Positions 27,450 to 34,830 of a stretch of DNA of 34,830 bases are shown here, one piece after another. This DNA is from an uncultured Rhodopirellula sp. GTDB lineage: Bacteria > Planctomycetota > Planctomycetia > Pirellulales > Pirellulaceae. The notes under the pieces are model-generated. The model was not told the DNA's origin. It saw only the letters and a list, made by a program, of their open reading frames with translations, and did no database searches. Position 1 is the stretch's first letter, and the number at the start of each line of letters is the position of its first letter. Position numbers and translations under genes: made by a program. The DNA is taken from contig CAXGAI010000048.1 in assembly GCA_964007735.1 (NCBI GenBank), positions 1 through 34,830 of the forward strand, given 5' to 3'.

Positions 27450-29489
27450 TTATTCTCCAATTCCGAAACTAGAGCGCCGGTAGAGTGTGAAACCAATTCG
27501 AGTGTGGGAAGCAGCTGTTTTAAGCATGGTCACGAAATCCTCGCTACTCAGGTCGATCCCTTTTTCGTGGAGCAGTTCCGCAGTTTGACTCGCCACGGAA
27601 ACATCATAATCGCTTAGTGTTCTTATGAGCTTGGTAATAGGAAGTCGTGAGTTGACCAGGATTTCAGCGTAATCACGGGCTGATGAAAATTTACCATCAC
27701 GGTCCCAATCGAGTTTAATGACACCGGTTGAGCCAATCGTACAGGGCTGAAACCTTATTCCCTGCGGTTGGTAGGGTTTGGCGGTTGGCCAGTGTAGCGA
27801 GTCCACCCCTTCGCCTCTTGCAATCGCGACGATATACGCGTCCTTATTGCGTTGCTCGAGCCGGATTTTTCCCGTCCACTTGATTCCCGCTCGATCGCCT
27901 CGCGGAATTCGGATCGTTTTGATAAGGCGTCCGTTTCGATATAGCTCCAACTGTCGGGCTGTAACCCAACTCGGCCCTTGCACCGTTATTTTAGCGTAAA
28001 AGGCGTCGGTACCGGTGACCAAGTCTCCCGATTGGAAATTATCATTAACATCCATCGTGGTAAACAAGCCATAACTAACGTTCGCTTTTCCCTTTGCCAG
28101 AGCTGTGACCGCATCGTTGACATTAATGGCTCCCGGATCTTCGTCGTTGATGCGAATGTACGTCCGGCCCTGCCCGATAAAATGTCTGGCTACATCATGA
28201 GAGTCGCTACATCCAATTCCGGTGACATCAATACCACGATTAAGAAGGCCAAACCAATCACGATAAAGTTGCATCACATCCGTCTGGATTGCTCCTGAAT
28301 TAATTAGTTCCATCGCGTTTGCGGGAAACCCACCGTTGCCAAAACTATTACCAGTTAATGAAATATGCCGCTCGGGTGAAAACGGAGTGACACCACCATG
28401 TACGTCCCGAGCATGATTGAGAATGATGACCTCTGCTCCGGTTTGCGTCTTTATCGAATTGATGGTGTTGGCCCAAGACTTGGAAGTGTGATCGGGAAGA
28501 GGAGTTCCCTTGGCCACAGGGAAAATGTTGAAATGGCCGGTTGGTGTTGTCACTTCGTTGCCAATCACAGGAGTGAAGTAACATTGGAGGTTTAATTCTT
28601 TCATCCGCGGTTCATAGTCAATGTGCAGATTGTGATCGGTTGCAATTGGCAACTCAATTCCCTCGCCAACTATGGTCACCATCCGTTCATCCAGCGTTGC
28701 ATCTCCATGCCGCGAATGAGTGAGAGTGTGTACATGGGTGTCACAACTGACAAATCCGCGCGTATTAACCTCCCGCCTGATTTTTAGGTGGTTGGGAGCA
28801 GTGGACTCCGGGGTGGCAGTTATTCGTACGGAATCAATACCCCATTCGACACCCCTTCCAGCAATAACATCGTACCTGCCAGGCGGTAGTTTGACGTTGA
28901 CTTGGCCAGTGCTAGTGTAGATCACCCCGGCCCGAACAGCCGTGGTCTCGTTAGAAATATTTCCAGCGGACATCAGGGCGCCATCAGAGTTGAGCACCGT
29001 GATACGGCAGGGTGTAAGTTGACGAGTTTCTTTGTTAGTTACGCAAATAGGAACAGTGCACTGGCTCAAATAGTCAGCTCGTGACAATGGATGAAAGCGA
29101 ATTGCCCCGACGTAAATGTCATCAGGGGATTTGTTGCCTGTTTGAACTATAGTTAGCGTGTTGTTGCCAGACTGTATGAATCCCGGTGGAATATCGAGGA
29201 CAATTATTTGGTGATTTTCATCACGGACCAAGCGTCCCAGCAGTTTCCCGTTGATCTCAATTGCCCATTGTTGTTTAACGTCGATCTGTTCAAGTGAAAG
29301 CGATTTTGGGAATTTACCTTCGGAAGCGCTGAATGAGTGTGATAAAGAAGGGGCATCTGCTTGGATTGGAAAACTGTCCCATTCACGCTCGCCATTCCGC
29401 AAGTGGATGAGATCGTCCATCCCGAGACAAGACCTGCTGCTTAGAGATGCGGCAACAAAAAGTGTTAGGAGTAGCCAACGCATAGGCAT
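27450..29489 (-). CDS. Secreted PHP-domain (CehA/McbA-like) metallohydrolase
   Basis: PHP metal ligands CDTHVHT, ATDHN, GNEVT, GHFN, NHA and CSDSH, preceded by beta-sandwich domains (LPPGRYDVIAGRGVEW). I placed the start at ATG 29489 (MPMRWLLLTLF signal peptide). The ORF-track TTG at 29531 and the ATG at 29483 are alternatives. Confidence 0.82.
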   Translation of the reverse strand: MPMRWLLLTLFVAASLSSRSCLGMDDLIHLRNGEREWDSFPIQADAPSLSHSFSASEGKFPKSLSLEQIDVKQQWAIEINGKLLGRLVRDENHQIIVLDIPPGFIQSGNNTLTIVQTGNKSPDDIYVGAIRFHPLSRADYLSQCTVPICVTNKETRQLTPCRITVLNSDGALMSAGNISNETTAVRAGVIYTSTGQVNVKLPPGRYDVIAGRGVEWGIDSVRITATPESTAPNHLKIRREVNTRGFVSCDTHVHTLTHSRHGDATLDERMVTIVGEGIELPIATDHNLHIDYEPRMKELNLQCYFTPVIGNEVTTPTGHFNIFPVAKGTPLPDHTSKSWANTINSIKTQTGAEVIILNHARDVHGGVTPFSPERHISLTGNSFGNGGFPANAMELINSGAIQTDVMQLYRDWFGLLNRGIDVTGIGCSDSHDVARHFIGQGRTYIRINDEDPGAINVNDAVTALAKGKANVSYGLFTTMDVNDNFQSGDLVTGTDAFYAKITVQGPSWVTARQLELYRNGRLIKTIRIPRGDRAGIKWTGKIRLEQRNKDAYIVAIARGEGVDSLHWPTAKPYQPQGIRFQPCTIGSTGVIKLDWDRDGKFSSARDYAEILVNSRLPITKLIRTLSDYDVSVASQTAELLHEKGIDLSSEDFVTMLKTAASHTRIGFTLYRRSSFGIGE

Positions 29490-29546
29490 AACGCAACGAG
29501 TTCCTGTAGATTTAGAGACGTTATGAAACAAAGACCGAAGTTTCAG

Positions 29547-29697
29547 TTCAGGAGATTAATGAATCCCTGAATGTTAATTGTAACATTTCACCATCATGTA
29601 AAACGATGAATTGCATGAACAGGCACACAAGCTATTGGGTACTCGAGATTTGCTTGTGCCTGTTTTCCTACGCTAAAATGTATTTAGACGGCGTAGG
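29547..29697. promoter_or_regulatory. Divergent intergenic region containing four consecutive inverted repeats
   Basis: IR1 29547-29571, IR2 AATGTTA-N4-TAACATT 29570-29587, IR3 29618-29664 and IR4 29667-29697 (contains TAAAAT). Confidence 0.4.
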
Positions 29698-29727
29698 TGT
29701 GGCCGCATTAGCTAAAGATTAACCATA

Positions 29728-30681
29728 TTGAAAACTCCATTGGGTCCTACAGTGAAAATTGATTTACGAAATATCGGGCGCGGTTTACCAGATGCCATAC
29801 GCCTTGATCAAGCAGGTCGCAGGGCTTTCCTGCGGGATGGTTCAATGCTACTACTGGGTGGCCTGGGCATGACAGGAACTTGTCGGGCGACGAACGATAA
29901 TTCGCCATTTCGCTTTTCATTGATTACGGACTTGCATTATGCAGATAAAGATACAGCCGGCAGTCGGCACTATCGTGATTGCATACCAAAGGTTATCGAA
30001 GCGAGATCCGTGTTTGAAAAGACGAAGCCGGAATTTCTTGTTTGTCTTGGTGACCTCATCGATGCTGCAGCGGATGTACCCACGGAGTTGGCCTATTTAA
30101 ATCGTATTACCAAAGAGTTGAATACCATCGATTGCCCAAAACATTTTGTTTTAGGAAATCATTGTGTCGATACGTTGACTAAAAGCGAATTTCTCGAGGG
30201 TGTCGGCCAAGAGAAGTCGTACTATTCCTTCGATACAAACGGCATTCATTTTGTGGTGCTTGACGCTTGTTTTAGGTCTGATGGTCAACCTTATCAGCGT
30301 AAAAACTTTGATTGGACCGATCCCAATATTTCTGCTGAGGAAGTGGACTGGTTAGGGAAGGATCTTGAGGAAACCGATTTGCCGACAATTGTGTTTGCGC
30401 ACCAGCGGCTAGATGACGCCGGTGTTTATAGCGCAAAAAATGCCGGCAAAGTGCGTTCTAAGCTAGAGGCTTCGAAAAAAGTGCTAGCGGTCTTTCAGGG
30501 ACACAGCCACAAAAATGAACACCAGTTAATTGGCGGCATCCATTACTGCACGATGGTCGCTATGGTCGAGGGTAGTTTTGAAGATAGTAATGGATGTAGT
30601 ACGATATCGGTCGCTGGTAACGGGACTGTGAGGGTCGAAGGCCATCGGAAGCAGGCGTCCTACCAGTGGGGGGCGACATAA
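29728..30681 (+). CDS. Tat-exported calcineurin-like metallophosphoesterase
   Basis: Motifs TDLHYAD, LGDLID, VLGNHC, FAHQ and QGHSH, with twin-Arg GRRAFLRDG followed by a hydrophobic stretch. The start may be the GTG at 29752. Confidence 0.88.
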   Translation: MKTPLGPTVKIDLRNIGRGLPDAIRLDQAGRRAFLRDGSMLLLGGLGMTGTCRATNDNSPFRFSLITDLHYADKDTAGSRHYRDCIPKVIEARSVFEKTKPEFLVCLGDLIDAAADVPTELAYLNRITKELNTIDCPKHFVLGNHCVDTLTKSEFLEGVGQEKSYYSFDTNGIHFVVLDACFRSDGQPYQRKNFDWTDPNISAEEVDWLGKDLEETDLPTIVFAHQRLDDAGVYSAKNAGKVRSKLEASKKVLAVFQGHSHKNEHQLIGGIHYCTMVAMVEGSFEDSNGCSTISVAGNGTVRVEGHRKQASYQWGAT

Positions 30682-30772
30682 GAGTGCTCCGGAGATAAAG
30701 AGTTAGATCTATGAATACATTTCGCTACGAGAAGCGTTTTTGATGAGACAAAGTAAGAGTGGAGAGTTAAAG

Positions 30773-32326
30773 ATGAAACGATATGGAATTGAACGCCGAC
30801 AATTCATGCAGTACATGGCCACAGTATCGGCCATACCTACATTGGCTACGACGGTAGCTGGATACGTTGATAAGAATCCGAAGTTTAAACAGAATCCGTT
30901 CACTTTAAGCGTCGCTTCCGGTGATCCGGAGCCGTATGGTGTTGTAATCTGGACACGGCTGTCGGAATCTCCCCTGATTGGTGAAGTCACGTTAGAAACG
31001 CCGATTGAAGTAAAGTGGGAGGTAGCTCATGACGAAAGTTTTAAGTCGATTGCTAAGAAGGGTACTGCGCTGGCAGTGCCGCAACTTGGGCATTCAGTAC
31101 ACGTAGAAGTCCAAGGGCTTGAGCCCGATCGCTGGTACTTCTATCGTTTTCACGCAGGCTCTGAGACAAGCCCCGTCGGACGGACCCGAACTACGCCTGA
31201 AAAACACGTGATGCCTCAACGCATGCAATTTGCTTTTACGTCATGCCAACATTACGAATCAGGTTATTTCAATGGTTACCCTCATATGACCAATGAAGAT
31301 CTGGACCTGGTAATCCACTTAGGCGACTACATTTATGAATATGCCGGAGTCGATAACCGTGTCAGGAAGCACCTGGGAAAAGAGATCGAGAGTCTCGCCA
31401 ACTATCGTCAGCGTTATGCTCAATATCGTCTGGATGAGTCGCTGATGAACGCACATCGATTATTTCCGTGGCTTGTTACATGGGACGACCATGAATTCGA
31501 TAATAATTACGCGAATTTGGTCTCAGAAGAGCAAGGTATCTCTCCGGAAGCCTTCCTCGCCAGGCGCATGAACGCCTATCAGGCCTACTATGAGTTTATG
31601 CCGCTTCGACAAAAGGCCTTTCCGCAGGGTCCGCATATGACGTTATATCGTGAATGTCAGTATGGTCGATTGGCCAATTTTTTCGTCCTCGATACACGCC
31701 AATATCGGACAGACCAACCGAATGGTGACGGGCAAAAACCCAAGGCTGGAAAAGCTTTGGACCAAAATGGTACGATGTTGGGGACTAAGCAGGAACATTG
31801 GCTGATGGCAGGTTTGACAGGCTCCGAGAGCACGTGGAACGTTCTTGCCCAACAAGTGATGATGGCGGATCTTAATCGCGGAGATGAGAAGGAAGCCCGA
31901 TATAGCATGGACCAATGGCCTGGTTATGAAGTGAGCCGGCGTCGTCTGTTAAAGTTCTTTCACGAACGACGAATCCCGAATCCGGTTGTGTTGACTGGAG
32001 ATATTCACGTGAATTGGGTCAATGATCTAATGCTCGATTCCGGTCGGGACGGGTCCCCGATCGTAGGTACGGAATTCGTTGGGTCTTCAATGAGTTCAAG
32101 TGGTAATGGTGGGAACTACATAGAAGAATATGAACGCGCAGCCAGCCAGAACGATTTCGTTAAGTGGTATAACTCCAATCGCGGCTACGTGACTTGCGAC
32201 CTGCGACCTGATAGCTGGACCTCGCATTTCCGAGTTACGCCTTTCGTAGATAAGCCCAATTCGCCATTGGTAAAGAAAGCAAGCTTTATCGTGCAGGCCG
32301 GACGCCCTGGTGCCGAACGCGTATGA
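30773..32326 (+). CDS. phoD: Alkaline phosphatase D family phosphatase/phosphodiesterase, Tat-exported
   Basis: ERRQFM Tat leader, plus FTLSVASGDP, VIWTRL, GRTRT, SCQHY, HLGDYIYE, WDDHE, LDTRQYR, DQWPGY and LTGDIH. The start is set at ATG 30773, downstream of a GGAGAG RBS. Confidence 0.93.
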   Translation: MKRYGIERRQFMQYMATVSAIPTLATTVAGYVDKNPKFKQNPFTLSVASGDPEPYGVVIWTRLSESPLIGEVTLETPIEVKWEVAHDESFKSIAKKGTALAVPQLGHSVHVEVQGLEPDRWYFYRFHAGSETSPVGRTRTTPEKHVMPQRMQFAFTSCQHYESGYFNGYPHMTNEDLDLVIHLGDYIYEYAGVDNRVRKHLGKEIESLANYRQRYAQYRLDESLMNAHRLFPWLVTWDDHEFDNNYANLVSEEQGISPEAFLARRMNAYQAYYEFMPLRQKAFPQGPHMTLYRECQYGRLANFFVLDTRQYRTDQPNGDGQKPKAGKALDQNGTMLGTKQEHWLMAGLTGSESTWNVLAQQVMMADLNRGDEKEARYSMDQWPGYEVSRRRLLKFFHERRIPNPVVLTGDIHVNWVNDLMLDSGRDGSPIVGTEFVGSSMSSSGNGGNYIEEYERAASQNDFVKWYNSNRGYVTCDLRPDSWTSHFRVTPFVDKPNSPLVKKASFIVQAGRPGAERV

Positions 32327-32477
32327 TGGGCAACTGGTTGTCGTACACTGAAAGGTGGATCAAGACTTCCCCGAACGTGAGGGATAGCCGTTCTTTGCTT
32401 ATTAGCTGGCGGCCGTGAGATCTGGTTAAATTTTGTTGTTAATGCGATGTGATCACAGTATCAGGAAAGAAAGACAG

Positions 32478-33692
32478 ATGAATATGATCGGGTTTAGAGT
32501 GAGAGCACGCTATCTTGCTACAGTCGCGGCTCTCTTTTGTGCCACCGCAGTTTCTGGCGCCGAAAAACTAAGTATCTTTATCCTTGCCGGGCAATCCAAT
32601 ATGGTGGGTCACGCCCGGGCGCATACCATAGCGACGCTCTACGCGTCTGATAATCCACGCGATAAAGAACTTCTAAATTTGGTGATTAATAATGACAGCC
32701 TTTCGCGAGATGTTCTTGAAACCCAACTTAAACGGGCGCGGCAATTAGATGCGCTAACCGGCGGTATTTCCAATTCCAAAATAAAAGAGCTCGAGGAAGG
32801 AGCGAGGAAAGCTGAGTTGGAGAAAAAGGTTGCCGCCATGAAGGAGGGGCACCAGGCCTATAAAGATCTGATTGCTTCATCCTGTAAAAGTTCAGACCGC
32901 GTTTATATCACGTCGATCGCGGATCGTAATAAGAAAGCAGGAAAACTTGGCATTGGCTACGGGGCTGACGCGTCAAAGATTGGTCCTGAGTTTGGGTTTG
33001 GCTTGTCGATGGCCGAAAAAATCAGTGGGCCGATCCTAGTCATCAAGACCTCATGGGGGGGGAAATCTTTGAATTATAATTTTCGGCCACCTTCTGCCGG
33101 TGAATACAAGCTAAATGACAAAGAGCTTGCTGGAGAGAATGTCGAGGAGATCAGAGAGAATGCCGGCCTCAATTATCGAATGATGAATGAGGCAATCCAG
33201 GAAGTGTTAGGCAACCTGAAAGAAAATCATCCCGATTATGACGTACGAACCGGATTTGAAATCGCGGGGTTTGTCTGGTTTCAAGGTTTTAATGACCAGT
33301 TTTCCCCCGAGTTTCGTGAGAATTACGAAGCTAATATGGTTAACTTCATTCGGGATATTCGTGCTGAATATGAGGAACCGGAGTTGCCGTTTGTGATCGG
33401 CGTTTTAGGGACTGGCAGAACCAAAGAGAAGGTCGACGAGAATGCTGTTTCTGTGGGGCAGCGAGCAGCTGCCAGAGCGATTGAGTTTAATGGACGCGTA
33501 GCTTCTGTTGAAAGTTATAAGGATTACTCGCTGTATTCCCATGCGGTGTTTGAAAAAGGGTGGCCAGAACATTTTCATGAGTGGGATACTGTTGGCAGTG
33601 ATCGCCCTTACCACTATTTGGGCAGTGGGGCGTTCTTTGTGCGCTTGGGGGCCTCGTTTGCTGAGGCCATGGAAGCCTGCATGAACAATTAG
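32478..33692 (+). CDS. Sialate O-acetylesterase (SASA)/SGNH-type carbohydrate esterase, secreted
   Basis: Motifs FILAGQSNMVG, GPEFGFG, IKTSWGG, FVWFQGFND, LPFVIG and DRPYHY. The start is set at ATG 32478 after an AGGAAAG purine tract, giving a signal peptide ending AVSG/AE. Confidence 0.85.
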   Translation: MNMIGFRVRARYLATVAALFCATAVSGAEKLSIFILAGQSNMVGHARAHTIATLYASDNPRDKELLNLVINNDSLSRDVLETQLKRARQLDALTGGISNSKIKELEEGARKAELEKKVAAMKEGHQAYKDLIASSCKSSDRVYITSIADRNKKAGKLGIGYGADASKIGPEFGFGLSMAEKISGPILVIKTSWGGKSLNYNFRPPSAGEYKLNDKELAGENVEEIRENAGLNYRMMNEAIQEVLGNLKENHPDYDVRTGFEIAGFVWFQGFNDQFSPEFRENYEANMVNFIRDIRAEYEEPELPFVIGVLGTGRTKEKVDENAVSVGQRAAARAIEFNGRVASVESYKDYSLYSHAVFEKGWPEHFHEWDTVGSDRPYHYLGSGAFFVRLGASFAEAMEACMNN

Positions 33693-33763
33693 CGACGTTC
33701 AAATTATCCCAGAACGTTCTTTAACGCTGTTTGGGTACATCGCTTTAGTAAAGGAAGATCTGT

Positions 33764-34830
33764 ATGCGGGATCCAGGAGTCGCAATTATTGGTACCGGTT
33801 TTATGGGCTGGGTCCATGCGGAGGCGTTACGGCGATGCAATCTGCCTATTGTGGGTATCCTTGGCTCGACCCCGGAGAAATCTCGAGAGGCCGCTAAAGA
33901 TCTTCATATCGTTCGCGGATATCAAGACCTTCCCCAGTTACTTGGTGACGAGAAGGTAACGAGTGTCCATATCGGTACTCCTAATCGCTTGCACTTCCAG
34001 ATGGTGAAGGCATGTTTGGAAGCGGGGAAACATGTTTTGTGTGAAAAGCCGTTGGCGATGGATTCGAAAGAATCTGCTGCGTTGGTGGAGTTGTCAGCCG
34101 CTCATCCGGAATTGGCTGCTGGCGTCAACTACAACATCCGCTGTTATCCGTTGTGCATAGAAGCCCGTGAAATGATCGCTGCGGGTGACCTGGGCGAAGT
34201 GCTGCACATTACAGGGAGTTATACGCAGGACTGGTTGTCTAAACCTACAGATTATAACTGGCGAGTTTTGGCAGACGAAGGCGGGCAGTTGCGGGCAGTA
34301 GCAGATATTGGAACCCATTGGTTTGATCTGATGATGACTCTTACAGGCTTAGAACTCGAAGCGGTCTGCGCGGACTTAAAAACGGTTTTTGATGTACGTC
34401 GCAGGCCCGTTGGGGAAGTTGAAACGTTTAGCGAAGATTCTGTGGAAAAAAGACAATCGCAGGACGTGCACATCCTTACCGAAGACTACGGCGCGATCCT
34501 ACTGAAGTTCAAAGGGGGAGCGAGGGGAAGTGTTTTTGTGTCACAAGTAATGCCTGGCAGAAAAAATTGCCTACAGTTTGAAATTGCCGGTACTGAGTCT
34601 ACTCTGTCTTGGAATAGTGAGCAGGGAAACGAGCTATGGATTGGCCATCGAAATAAGCCAAATCAGCGTTTAATTCGGGATCCTGCTCTGTTATCTCCCG
34701 CCGCCGCTGCAGTGGCATCATATCCGGGCGGTCACAATGAAGGGTATGCAGATTCCTTTAAACAATGTTTTCGCGAGTTTTATCGGTATATCGCGGGGAA
34801 TGATTGGCGGGTATCCCCGTCATACGCCAC
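33764..34830 (+). CDS. Gfo/Idh/MocA family NAD(P)-dependent oxidoreductase (3'-truncated by the window edge; absent from the ORF track)
   Basis: Manual translation from ATG 33764 (RBS AAGGAAG) gives [24 protein letters not shown]...[10 protein letters not shown]...[12 protein letters not shown]...GSYTQDW...NWR...ADIGTHWFD. No stop was seen before the end of the window. Confidence 0.92.
   Translation, partial: MRDPGVAIIGTGFMGWVHAEALRRCNLPIVGILGSTPEKSREAAKDLHIVRGYQDLPQLLGDEKVTSVHIGTPNRLHFQMVKACLEAGKHVLCEKPLAMDSKESAALVELSAAHPELAAGVNYNIRCYPLCIEAREMIAAGDLGEVLHITGSYTQDWLSKPTDYNWRVLADEGGQLRAVADIGTHWFDLMMTLTGLELEAVCADLKTVFDVRRRPVGEVETFSEDSVEKRQSQDVHILTEDYGAILLKFKGGARGSVFVSQVMPGRKNCLQFEIAGTESTLSWNSEQGNELWIGHRNKPNQRLIRDPALLSPAAAAVASYPGGHNEGYADSFKQCFREFYRYIAGNDWRVSPSYA

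Noticed and set aside
29560..29620. Possible Pho box upstream of the phosphoesterase-phoD genes
   Set aside because: TTCAT/TTACA-like words are present, but I could not fit them to 11-nt-periodic direct repeats. Only the dyads are reported.
628..34473. The many 60-150 aa ORFs nested in or antisense to long CDS (e.g. 1048..1497, 4769..5119, 12909..13316, 34094..34318)
   Set aside because: They are shadow ORFs of well-supported genes with no recognisable motifs.
1..34830. CRISPR arrays, tRNA/rRNA, IS/integrase/prophage, defence or biosynthetic gene clusters
   Set aside because: No spaced direct repeats, cloverleaf-like sequences, transposase/integrase motifs or NRPS/PKS/RiPP enzyme motifs were recognised by eye.

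Overview
This is a gene-dense 34.8 kb bacterial chromosomal segment of roughly 50% GC (by eye). It is most likely from a planctomycete (Pirellulales-like), judged from a PSCyt1/DUF1549/DUF1553 protein, two DUF1501 genes, a DUF1552-DUF1592 pair, an 'E-x-L-E-x-R-x-(V)L' extracellular protein with a dockerin, and a Ser/Thr kinase with a beta-propeller. There are 19 probable CDS, one of them (a Gfo/Idh/MocA oxidoreductase running off the right edge) missing from the ORF track. Most encode exported hydrolases or redox proteins: an archaemetzincin, a CBM9-like/PQQ-sugar-dehydrogenase/diheme-cytochrome fusion, PqaA-like hydrolases, a compact subtilase, a PHP metallohydrolase, a metallophosphoesterase, PhoD and a SASA esterase. 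I found no rRNA, tRNA, CRISPR array or mobile element. The best candidates for new biology are: (i) a 1250-aa dual-hydrolase (esterase + PqaA) surface protein with both dockerin and cohesin-like modules, near a second, highly diverged PqaA-like protein; (ii) the sugar-binding quinohemoprotein facing an MFS transporter; (iii) a prodomain-less subtilase with a CCHC motif; (iv) a multi-hairpin intergenic region upstream of a phosphoesterase-phoD pair. All family assignments come from reading motifs by eye; no database searches were run.
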